Shown one piece after another: positions 51,808 to 64,000 of a DNA stretch of 64,000 nucleotides. The stretch spans positions 13,516,001-13,580,000 of the forward strand of contig OZ059894.1 in NCBI GenBank assembly GCA_964057225.1, written 5' to 3'. The first letter of the stretch is position 1, and each line of letters opens with the position of its first letter. The DNA is from Auanema rhodensis. Taxonomy: Eukaryota; Animalia; Nematoda. Position numbers and translations under genes: made by a program. Under the pieces are notes generated by a model, which was given only the letters and a program-made list of their open reading frames with translations, was not told where the DNA came from and ran no database searches.

Positions 51808-52929
51808 CTATTGAGAGAATATAATAGATTTGATATTATAGTTAACTACTGAAATTATTAATTATTTGATTTTCAAATATTAAAATATTCACATATTTTA
51901 TAAAATTATAAAAGCATAAATATATACGCATGGCTTGAATATAAAAAAAATTGGAATATATTATAATATTAAGATTGTATAACAGATGTTTTCACATTGA
52001 ATATATATTATAAATAATTATTATTTATATTATTTCTTATCTCATAAAGGCTATTAAATGTTTTTTTTTGTTTGTAAAAGTTTAGTAAAATTGTGTTTTT
52101 GTAATTTATAATTATCATATTATTTAAAAAAAAAGAAAACAAAATAATTTAATTTTATAATATATAAAATGAAAATATAACATATGCTTATACTATAAAG
52201 GTATTATAGAAATATAGATAAGATTCTTTATATATACATAGATGTATGTATGTATAATGACAAAAACAATCGATCAATCTCTCGTAGATTTGTTTTTATA
52301 TAAATATTTTTTTTGTTTTTAATATAATTTAGAACTTAAATATACAAATTAATATATTTGATAACATTTTATTTTAAAATTTAATATAAAAGACATAAAT
52401 AAATGAAAATTTATATACATGTTATATATAAGGAAAAACGTTTGTAATACAGAAAAGAGAGTAAAAATTAAAAAGAAAGAGAGGTGAAAAGATGATACAA
52501 GGAGAAGAGCAAGGAGGTAATTGAAAGAAAAAAATAAATCCTCGTCTTTAATTAGTAAAATACTTAAAAGAAAGAAAATTGGAATGAAAAAGGAGTTAAG
52601 ATACATACTTCGTGCACACACAAATGAACTTCTTTTGGAAATTTTCCATATGAATAAGAAGTGAAAACAGGAAAGACGAGTAAATTTGAACAGGAAACTA
52701 TTGAATATTTATATGTTTTTTTATAAATTTTGATAAGAATCAACTAAAAGAAAAGAAAAGAAATGATATGTGACATAGTTATCTGAATACATAAACAGAT
52801 GTATCTATATCTTATGAGTGAATGAAGATTTATTCAAAATCAAAAACAAATGATAACTATATGTATATAATGAAGTAAAAGTTAATGAAATTGTATGTGA
52901 TTCTCAGCATGATCGAAAGCACGTTCGAG

Positions 52930-55900
52930 CTATACGTCTTGGGAATGGCGTAGAAGTGGTTCAAATTTTCGTCGGCTTGAAATGTTGAAAAATGAGTTTT
53001 CTTCACGGAACATCGGCATTTCATAGAGTCCTGAAATTGAAAAACATTTGAAGGATTACAAGCTATTTGTCCGGTTATCTGAAGATAGTTTTAATAATTT
53101 TAGATAATATCATCATAAATATAATAATAATAATAATTATTATAAATTACTTGTTATACTAAACATATAGTTAAGTACAATAAACTATAACATTTTGTCT
53201 ATTGATGGTAATATCTAAAGACTAAAGATTTTCCATCTTCATTTTCTATCTTAAATTGAATTAACTATGTTATATATATATATGTATGTATGTACATATA
53301 TGTATAACTATATTAATATTATCTATAACTTTTCATTCTTTTTGACTCAATTTTTAAGAAATATATATTATTATATATGAAATAACATAAAATTCAAAGT
53401 TATATGTCATATAAAGAACATAGAACAATATTTATATCAAAATACATCTAAATATGAACTAAATAATATTATAATTATATTCAATAATATGAAGAAACTA
53501 TTATAGTTATCTATTTGGCCTTAACTTATTGTGTATAAGCCTATTAGAGATTTGTTAAAGCTTCATGTTTTATGACAAAAGATATGATCTATGTATTGAA
53601 AATATTTTATTTTATTAAAAAAAATCAGAAATTTAGTTAAATAACCCATAAAGGATAGTGTTTATACAATGTTTTGTAAAGCATATTTGTAAATTCTCAT
53701 AATAAAATGTATAATTAAGTTTACTATGTGAAACATAGTATTCATGACTTTCCAATCCGTATAATATGTATATCTGCTATTAGTAACATATACATACATG
53801 AAACTTAAATGTTTAAGTTTTAAAAAACACATAAAAGTTATCGAAATAAGTTTGAATGGAAAAGTTATTAGTAAATATATAGAAATAAGAAGTTGTAGCC
53901 CGTTTGAACAGGAGAATCATGATGAAGACAACATTGTATAAGTGAGATTACTTGGTTAGTATTTCATTAAATGAATATATATCAAGATATATATATAGCG
54001 GAACTAATGAAAGGAAATGTAGAAGAATGAAATTATATAAAGAAAAAAAAGGAGAATTAGATATATATAATATTTCCTTCATAAAGCAGTTATACAAAAT
54101 TTCACAAAACTCTTTAGAATAAATATCTTTTAGTTTGTTTCCGACGAGAAGAACCATTTCGATCTTCATCTTCATTCCAGCAACTTGTTGATTCAGCAAA
54201 TTTATCAATAATCATTGATATTGGGAATGCCAATACAATGATACCACATACAGATGCCATTGCTGCTACAACTTTTCCACCTAAATTTATTAAAAAATTA
54301 ATAATACATTCGAAAAGAAAGTATAAATATCATACCAGCTGTTACAGGCACTAGATCACCATATCCTACAGTTGTCATTGTGATTACACCTAAAACACAA
54401 GTGCATTTATATATTTAATATATCAATATATGATTTTATAATTTATATATATATATATATTATATGTAATAGTTAAGAAAATTATAACTTACACCACCAG
54501 CATGCTGCTGGAATTGAATAGAATTTTGAGTTCGGCTCATCTCGTTCAAAGAAATAAATTGCAGTTGAAAATAGCATGATTCCTATACAATCAAATATAA
54601 ATATATAGATTTTATATAGTTAATATGATACCTGTCACTAAGAACATTCCCAACATACTTAACTCGGCTGCTGATTTCTTCATGGTCTGGCCAAATGCTC
54701 GAAGACCTGTACTATATCTGGCTAATTTGAAGATTCGAGCTACTCGAGCCAAACGCATCACTCTTACTACTAACATTGCTCCTGAAATTATTATAAATTA
54801 AAGTATTTAACTATAAAACTATTAATGTTTAACCTCTGAAGTTACGTATCCATTGTAATTCATTGAATGCTTCAATCAAGAAAGGCAAGATCGTTAGGAC
54901 ATCAATAACATTGAGTGGAGAACGCAAAAATTCCGCCTAAAAAATTAAAAGATTTCTAACTTTAGTAATTGAAATAAATTTATACCTTTCGTGGACTAAC
55001 AAGAAATCTGATTATATACTCAAATGTGAAATAAATCATACATCTATAAATATAATTTAATTGAAATAGATAATAATAAATAAGACTTACAAAATTTCTA
55101 GCCACGTCAACAAGAAATGAGGCTCTCTATTTTCATCTTGAAGCTCTGGCATTGAACTTAATATTAAACCTTAACATATGGCACATTTAATAACATTTCA
55201 AATATTATATATATTTTACCCAATAGTGATAGAAGAACAAAAAATGCTGAGCCTATTGAAAATAATTTGGCTGCAGAAGAACTTCGAGGATTCTCCAAAA
55301 TCCTCCATAATTTTAATCGAAGTGGTCCAAACAGTACTTTATCAAAATAAGACGATGGGTATGAATCCACATATGCCTAAATAGAAAAAATATAAATTAG
55401 TTTTAGAAATAAAATAAATTTTAAAATCAACCGTTTAAAGTAATTTTTAAAATTAAAATGATTCTTATATTACGTGAGAAAAGCATTTTTTTTCACGTCA
55501 CTGAATAAATAAAAATTGATTGGACTACTCAGAGATGTATTTTTAACTTTAATTTTGAAATTTTTTATTAATAAATTATAACAATTTTCTATTTGTAACA
55601 ACTTTATGTAATTTTCAAACTTGGTTTACTTGATGTAACGTCCAAACGTTTTCTTTGACGTCGAAAATACTTCAGAAGCGTTATCATGTTATAAGATATA
55701 AATATTTCATAAAGGGTCGTTTGACCATATTAACGCATAGGAAATAATAAATGAATATGTAAATGCACTTTAATTTATTTATATACATATAGCTAACGCT
55801 ATATCAATAATCACTTTTTTTATAATTTAGGATATGTGTTTATCTTTTTTTTTTAATAAAAATATTTCTTTTTTTTTCTAAAGATGGAAGTATTTTATTT

Positions 55901-56478
55901 AATTTCATTAACTATACCTTTTCATTTTTAAGTTTTGATGTCATATTATTATTTTCTTCTAACATGCAACAAGGTGCCATAGCTTGCACTGGAACTCGCC
56001 AATAATCCAATTCATATCGTAATCGTATTGGACAGACATCCATTGGACGATGTAATTTTCCTAAGAAAAATATTAGTTAACTTTAAATAATAATAACTAA
56101 CCTGTAATATAATAATCAACAACATATTCAAAAATTATTGGGCTACGTTCAAAATAATATTCATTATTGGATTCAAAGTAGGCATCGCAGTCTGTTAATC
56201 TTTCTACATGATTCTTCTGACAAAATACAGATAGACGTGAGGATTCTAGACGACGATGTACCTGTGAAATAATAATTTTCTTCTGAATTTATTAAATTTG
56301 TTCTTACAATCTCAACTGGTAACTTTGCTTGTCTACCTCCAACATTTACATTAATGAGCGATTTCTTGACAGATCCATTTGAAGCGACTGGTGCTCGAGG
56401 TGGCTGCGATGATGCCGGATCCGGAACTACATATTCAGGTGATAGTAATAATTTTGTTTGACAATTAATATCACACAT
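52930..56478 (-). CDS. Voltage-gated K+ channel alpha subunit, Shab-related KVS family (channel B, upstream copy); stop at 54114 (unspliced) or 52930 (spliced)
   Basis: ATG at 56478 after TTATAG. T1: [60 protein letters not shown]. Then [11 protein letters not shown]; [13 protein letters not shown]; S4 [22 protein letters not shown]; SIPAACWWC; pore TMTTVGYGD; S6 [17 protein letters not shown]. Confidence 0.9.
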
Positions 56479-59400
56479 TCTATAATATCAGATGATAATA
56501 TGCTAAAAATACAAAAAATTGAAAAAAAATGCATGAAGAACATAAGGAAGCATCTGGAAAAAGCGTAGACGAATAAGGAAGAGATAACGAAGATGATGAA
56601 TGATTAAACATCTCAACTGCGGATCAAATCGATGTTATATAGATAGATGTATGTATGTATGTTCTTTCATATATGTACATATGTAAAAAAGTATCAATTG
56701 AAAGACGAAGATTTTAAAATATCATAAGATAAATATAGTTTATAATAACCAATAATAAAGAAAAAGATTATATAATACAAACTGTGATCATGATGACATT
56801 TAATAGATTTTTGAAGATTAAATATGAGAATACAACGAATAATAGCTTATTGAGTTTGAAAATTGTTAGGAAAATAGTTATTAGAATTAGTATATATAGC
56901 GAAGGCTTTAGACTAAGGAGTGAACAACAGATGAAAGGTCTTTTCGACTTTTCATGTACGACATCCCTATAAGTTCTTCTTCAATCTCAATCTTGTTTAG
57001 TTAGATGCTCTGAATAAGATTGCAGCAATTTACTGAATGATCAATGGTCATCTAAAGGCCACTCGTATATTAAAAAGTTTGTTTAGAATGTATGTATGTA
57101 TGTATATGGAGGGAAAATGATGAAAATATGCTTACAAAAACTAGAAAAGTAGGAATTTCAATATAAATAACAAGAGTTCTTATAGTAAAACTAAGAAAAT
57201 AGAGTAATCATGAAGGTTGAACCTAACTATAATGATGATCTTATTCTCATTTCACATGATTTCCCTCTTTCTCACTCTCTCTATCCCTCTCTCTCTCTCT
57301 CTCTCTTTCAAAGGACTTATTACGTTCTATTTTAACTTTGATCTCAATATGTTTGATTGTTTCATAAACTATATAATAGTCTTTGATTCTTTATGACTCC
57401 TTCTTTTCTCACTAATCTTTTGTTCACAATTTCATGTTTCATTCATTTCTTTCAAAATTTCAAATTACCGATTTGCGGAAAAACTCTCACTGAAAACCAT
57501 TTTGTTTAGTATTTGATTTTTGAATATTCATAGATTATATTAGATCTTAGTGTATAGTTGTAAGAAATCACATTAAACGGGTTCAAATTAAATTATTTTT
57601 TTTAGTAAAATAAACAAAAGAATATTAACTATATGTATATTAGGTTATATAAAAAAACAATTTATAAATAAAATATTTTTATAATTTTGAAGAATATTTT
57701 CAACTTTTTTCTTATTATATTTATATATTTTTATAGTTTTTTTTAATTATATTTTATATAATTTTTTGTTGTTATGGTTTTAAATACTATTAAAACCTTC
57801 TTACATACATACATGTTACAAGTACCAATGAACCTTCCAACTCACATATCTATGCACTTTGCAAAAAAAAGTTGTAAAAATGACGTTTCAATATAAAACT
57901 TTTTACATTTGCATGAAAAAAAGTTTTTTTGAAGAATGTTCTGCTGAAGAGCACAGAAACTATTCCGAATGCCTTGAAAGATGAATTATGTTCTGAAATC
58001 GTGCAAGAAAAGAAAAAGAAGAAAATGAGTTTGCTCTTGATAGCTCTCTCTTTTCTTTCCATCTTTTTTTTATATTTTCTCTTCGAATATCCTGTGTAGT
58101 CTTCATCTTTTTGCTCATTTTTTAACATCCACCTTAGTCAAAAAGAAAAAAGACATCAATACTAAATGATATTGCAAGCAATCTTCATCATCTCATTCTA
58201 CACATTTGCATGTGTATGTCTTTGAGACATCATTGTATTTTACAATACAACATTCATGTAAAGAAATCTTTTTTTCTGTTTTAAATTATTTTTATGAAAT
58301 ATAAAAGATTTTATTGAAATAAGTATGTAATTTATATAAAATTACAGTATAAAATATCCTGAAATTAAATAAGAAATATCAAAATGTCTTATTAGTAAAA
58401 TATATTTTCACTGAATACGGTATATTCATTGAATCAAATTATTATTAAACTCATTAGAGTGTAAGTATTACATCAAAGTAGTATAAGACGTAGTTTCTCT
58501 ATATGATTGAATCTTATTAAAATTTATTAAAATAACCCAAATAAAGTTTTTTTTTTCAATTTTACAAATCACATAAGATTCACTTATGCGTATTTAATCA
58601 AAATTTTTTTGAAATGCTACATATTTTTTTTGAAGCGTAACTATTGATAAAAAAAAATTTTTAATTAAAAACAGAATTTGTAATTCAAAATTTTGAAAAT
58701 ATAGTCTCAGTCATGATTAAATTCAAAGTGGATACTGATTTAACATAGTAAAATTGAATATATAGATTTAATAATTAATTAGCCATAATAATAATAAAAA
58801 CAAAACAAAAATAATGATATTATTAAATTAAAATATGATGTTGATGTTAGAAACTTATCAAAATATATAAAGATAAATGCAAAAGAGCATGCATGTGTAT
58901 ATACATATGTTTCTGCAGATACGAATGTACAAGATACATATATCTAGTATAATTACTTTTCTGCTGAAAAATTATTATATTTAGTATAGCTAGCTATATA
59001 AAAATTTATATAAATATAAAGGGAATCTAATGAATTAGAATAATAATTTGATGAACATCAGTATCTTCAGATTTTATTATTATTATTATGAGATTGGATG
59101 AAATTCTGGAATGGACAATGACTATTTTAATTCAAAAAAAAAATGTTATTATAACTATAAATTATTGTTTAGTCCATTTATAGAAGATTATAGAACTTAA
59201 CTATATACATATAATAAAATAAAAAATAAAAATGAAACATTGATTTCAGATGAATGAATTTGAAGCTACATGAAGGTTGAAGATCTCTAATCTAAAATGA
59301 AACGATATGAGAATGAGCAGAAAAATTGAGAATAAAGTGACAAGAGAATGAAAGCAATATGAATCCTTTTATTATTGGCTATATGACGGACCATATGACA

Positions 59401-60277
59401 TTTTCAATTTTTTGAAATACAAAAAGAACAAATGGATTAATAGGATAAGAGAACAAGTTGTTTATCAAATAGAAAAAAAATAAAGAACTGATATTTTCAT
59501 AAAATAAAATACAAAAAACAAACATTATAAACAATGAGAATATTACTTTAACCTTACTTTAAGATTATATTGTTTCTATTATTATAACAATGAAGATATT
59601 TGAGTTCATTTTTTTGAATAAAAATTGATCTAAATAAATGATAAATTATATAAAATATTTGTTATAAAAACGTTTGAATTGATGTAATTGGTAGAAAGAA
59701 AACATTTGTTTTATCCTTATAGAATGAAAAACTATAAATAAGAAATAGGGAAGTAATCTCAATAAGAAACAAAAAAAAAAGAAAAAGGAAGTAAATGCAA
59801 GTGAGAATATAACTAAAATAACGAAAAAGGTGATATGTGATCAAAGAATGTCGCACAACAACCGTTCATTATCAAAATTATTTAGAGAATAATTTCTTCT
59901 AATCACGTGATATTTCATTTCAATTTAAACATTTTGTCTTTAGTTATTGGACACTTGAAGAAAGTTGTTGAAAGATATGTGTGATTCAAATGATTTTGTA
60001 GTTAATAACAGAAAAATCCGATGATACAAATTAACATAAATGTTGTTTTTTCCATGTTTGTTTCAAAAATATATTAATAATATAAGTATAAAAAATAATT
60101 TTAAATAAGAATGGTTAGTATTATTTTAATTTTAAAATTAATAGTACTATAAGTAGATACTATATTATAATATGACATTAATAAAAGATTAAATAAATGA
60201 ATAAAAACAATTTGTTATATTGAATATTTACAAAAATATTATTTTTAACCTTTAATATATATATGTATCTATATTTA

Positions 60278-60280
<3 letters not shown>

Positions 60281-60328
<48 letters not shown>
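60281..60328. repeat. (TA)n microsatellite
   Basis: Uninterrupted TA run. Confidence 0.95.
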
Positions 60329-60332
<4 letters not shown>

Positions 60333-63300
60333 GATAGTTAAAATAAAAAAAAAACAAAGGCTACAATCATGACGTCAAAGAAAAAAAAGAATAAAATTAT
60401 TTATTTAATATAATTCATAAATAGTATGTATACACATACATATGTACTTATTATAATTATTTAATTAACTATATATATATATAATATTTTCTTAAATATA
60501 TAATATATATATGTACATATACTGATATGTATATAACTAATTGAATATTAAGATTATATATGATAGAATGATTTTGAGAATTCATTATCATTTGATTAGA
60601 TGCTTGTAGATTATATCATGAAAATAAATATCATTTTAAAAAAAGATATTCTTAATAAAAATTATGAAAAGATTAAACAAAACTGAAATATTCATATTCA
60701 AATATGGTAAAAATTGGAGAAAAACAAAACAAAAAGAAATATATTTCTGTTAGTTTGTTGATGTGAAACTATGAAATCTTTTTTGATTTATTAGGTTAAG
60801 GAAATGTCGGAGATCAACACAATTTCCATAACAATTAAGAGAAATTGTTGATATTTCTAAAGTCAATGATCATATTTTCTTATAAAATATGAAGATTGTT
60901 TCTTAAAAATTTTGAACGTGTTGTAGAAAAATAAATAAGAAAATTAGCGTGAATTTCCTGAAAAAATGTCAAAAACGACAAAAAAGATTTGAGTGAAATG
61001 TATTTGTATATTTGAAAAATCAGAATACTGCTAAAATTTTGTAATAAAAATAAAAGAAAATATGCAGGATTGCCATCAAGAATTAAAGTGATTTTCAAAT
61101 GAATTTAGAATTTGTAACTTTTACAAGAAAACATAAGAAAAGGGGGAGGTGGGAGAGAAAAGAGTGAGAAAGCTACATATGGCATAAGAGGGCGACTGAA
61201 ATGATTGTGACAACTACAATTTTATAAAATCACGTTTTAATTATATATGTGTATAACAGCATAATATATAATTTATAAAAACAGTAAAAAATCTTTTATA
61301 AAATCTTTTAATTTTTTTTAAAAATTATATACAAATTAACAGTTCTAGTCGATAATTGCTTCACGTATATGAGTGAAAAGCAGAGAGAAACCAAAAAAAA
61401 TTGAAAAGATTTTATGATTAGTTAAGAATCGGAAGCTTTTTCTGCTTCTGATTCTAATGAACAGCTTAACATGAAGACGTTTAGTTGCATTTTATTGAAT
61501 AAAAACGAACTGCAAGATGAAAAAATAGAAAGAAAATAGAAATAATGAAGAAACAACTTTTAAAAAAATGATATTAAAGAAAAATTTAAATTGATATATA
61601 GTTATTCTAAATACATATAGTATATGAAAATAATTATTTCATTTTTAATTTGAAAATCAATTTAAGAAACAAGTAAACAATGAAAAGTATGCTGTGATAT
61701 TTCTCATATAGTATATTCTCAGAGGAAAGAATATATGTATAGCTAGGCTGAATCTCGTTAATGGATTTTCTCACAAGTTCATTTTCAAATTCGATATTTC
61801 CTTACGGTCTCATAGTCTTCAAAAAGCTTTCAAATCCAAACTTATTAAGAATATATTATAACAAAAGTTTAATAGAAAAAAGAAATTATCTATCAAATGA
61901 AAAGAAAAAAAAAAGAAAAAAATTTTTTTAAACTTTGTTTTGTTCAAAAAATAAATAAGAAAATACATAAAAGACATACATATGTAGGTATACGATGATG
62001 TGTTAGAACACAGCAAAACGATAGCCAAAGAAGAAATGCATCAAAGCCGACAGCAGCTCTTCTCTGAGAGTAAACTCAAAGAATCGAATGAGCTATTTCC
62101 GTCTAAGACGTAATTCGGTTCTCTGATTAATCATAGGAAATAAGATGAAAAATGAATTAATACATTCAGGATATCAGGTATTCTATACCAATGACATGAA
62201 CAACTTCCAGTCTTTCAAACAAACATTTAGCTTATATTTAAGTTATATTTATGTTTCTTTTCTTTATTTTTATTATTATTTTAATAAATGTTCACAAGAA
62301 AAAAATATGAATTTACATATTTCACACCAAAAACTGCTTCATACGGAGTCAATATGTGGAAAAAGTAGGATCAAACTGACAACTTGGTAAATAACATGTA
62401 GCATTGGAGAAAAAAAGTCAAGATTTTTAAGAAGAGATTTGAACGTTTTTTTTTCATTTGCAGCATAAATAATCATATGTTTTAAGCTGTAATGATTTTG
62501 TTCAATCTTTAGTCAATTTTTCATAAAAAATAAATGATTTGATGAGAAAAAAAAAAGATTACAATCAAATAGAAAAAAAAACGTTCTAATCTATAGTATA
62601 CCATATGATAATAGTATAAAAGTATTATATACATTAAATACTTTATATATATATGTATATATGTATATATTACTATATAGTTATATAGATATATAGAAGA
62701 TATATAGAAGATATATACATATGTATTTATATTAAAACTGAAGAAGAGCTTCCCGGATTATACAGCAATATTATACTTATTATATTTCTAAATTGAAAAA
62801 ATGTATGATGTAAATAAAAATCATTATCTTTATGTTATTATATCTATATTATTATATCAATTATTTTTATAATTATTACTATATTCATAATATTATATTT
62901 TAAATTTTGAATAAATTGTTAGGTTGATGTAAAGAAAATTATACAGAAGATATTGAATTGAGATAGATCATATAAATGAAACACATAATTCAAAGTTCAA
63001 AAAAACTGTTAAGTCACAGTTTATTTTAGAAAAAAAAACATTTGTTGAACCCAAAAAAGGTCAGCTGCTGGACAAGCATATTATGAAAACGTGATGACGT
63101 CAGCATTATTCTTTAATCCAAAAGCTTTCAAAAATCCGTTTTTATCATGTTCAGAGATTTTAGATTGAATAAAGGCGCGAAATTCAAAATCAATTATGTT
63201 CTTGTTCTGTTAGTGACATCTTGAACGGAACCTTTTGAAGATAGGAAGAGGAAAGACCACCACGATTAAGTTATGCTGTCGATGTCATTCTGTGGTTTTC

Positions 63301-64000
63301 GTCGTCATCTGATGAACGATGTTGCCAACTAAAGAAATATTCCAAAAAAGAAACAGAAATATGACATATAGCACAATCAGTTGCATTAGAAAAGTTTCAA
63401 GTTTTATTGAATAAATTTATATCAAAAGTATGATAGAGAATATCTTTGTTATAAATTTTTTTTTAATTTTGTGGTGAATTGGCATTGAATTCATGAAATA
63501 TTTCAGTTTTAATAGTTTAATGAAGATGAGAAAGGAGCTAATTATCGAAGATGATGAAGATTAAGCTTAAAAGTGCTTATTATGGAAAATTATTAAATGA
63601 ACTTGATGGCTTATTGACAAAAATTGCTCTGCAACATTGTAGCATTACGTCTTCATCTCATCTCTCAAGGGTGCTGTCATCAACCTTCCTCATCGCCATC
63701 ATCATCATCATCATCATAATCAACTGCTTCAGCAGAAGCAGCATCGTTGACCTTATGGTTGTTGAAGCTAATAAGCTTAGAGTGTTCATTTATTCATTTC
63801 ATATGTTTTTTCTTCAAAATTTTCTCACATCTATGTTAATAAGGCATTAACTAACTATGATTAAAACAACAATATCCGATATTCTGACTAATTTGTATTT
63901 TAATGTTTTTTAATTAAAAAATACTTTAAAAAATTAGAATATTAATTAGATATATTAAATTATAAATGATTGATTTATAAGAAAAAAATAAGAAAAATGA

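Noticed and set aside
1-64000. CRISPR arrays, tRNA/rRNA genes, transposase or reverse-transcriptase ORFs
   Set aside because: None seen. The remaining short ORF-track entries are low-complexity AT-rich noise or intron read-throughs.

Overview
Very AT-rich eukaryotic genomic DNA with short (~40-60 nt) GT-AG introns, TTTCAG-type acceptors and acceptors sitting just upstream of start codons. This is consistent with a rhabditid nematode that uses SL trans-splicing; the species cannot be determined from the sequence. Bases 1-23 kb hold no recognisable gene, only microsatellites and GC-richer islands. Then, in order: a 16-exon D2-like dopamine receptor (dop-3, +), a secreted Kunitz/Cys-rich/Kunitz protein (+), a tight minus-strand cluster YIPF5 > PIH1D1 > D-lactate dehydrogenase with operon-like spacing, a divergent RBM7/RBM11-like RRM gene (+), and two head-to-tail Shab-related (KVS-family) voltage-gated K+ channel genes (-). 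The most interesting signals concern splicing. (1) The downstream channel has several phase-0 alternative first exons encoding short, mostly basic N-termini. (2) Frame-compatible bridging exons could fuse the two channels into one tandem-dimer polypeptide. (3) A 36-nt cassette exon lies in the S3-S4 voltage-sensor linker. (4) A skippable or terminal dop-3 exon 6 is flanked by a 13-bp RNA stem and a GCATG cluster. All exon structures were spliced by hand and need RNA-seq confirmation.
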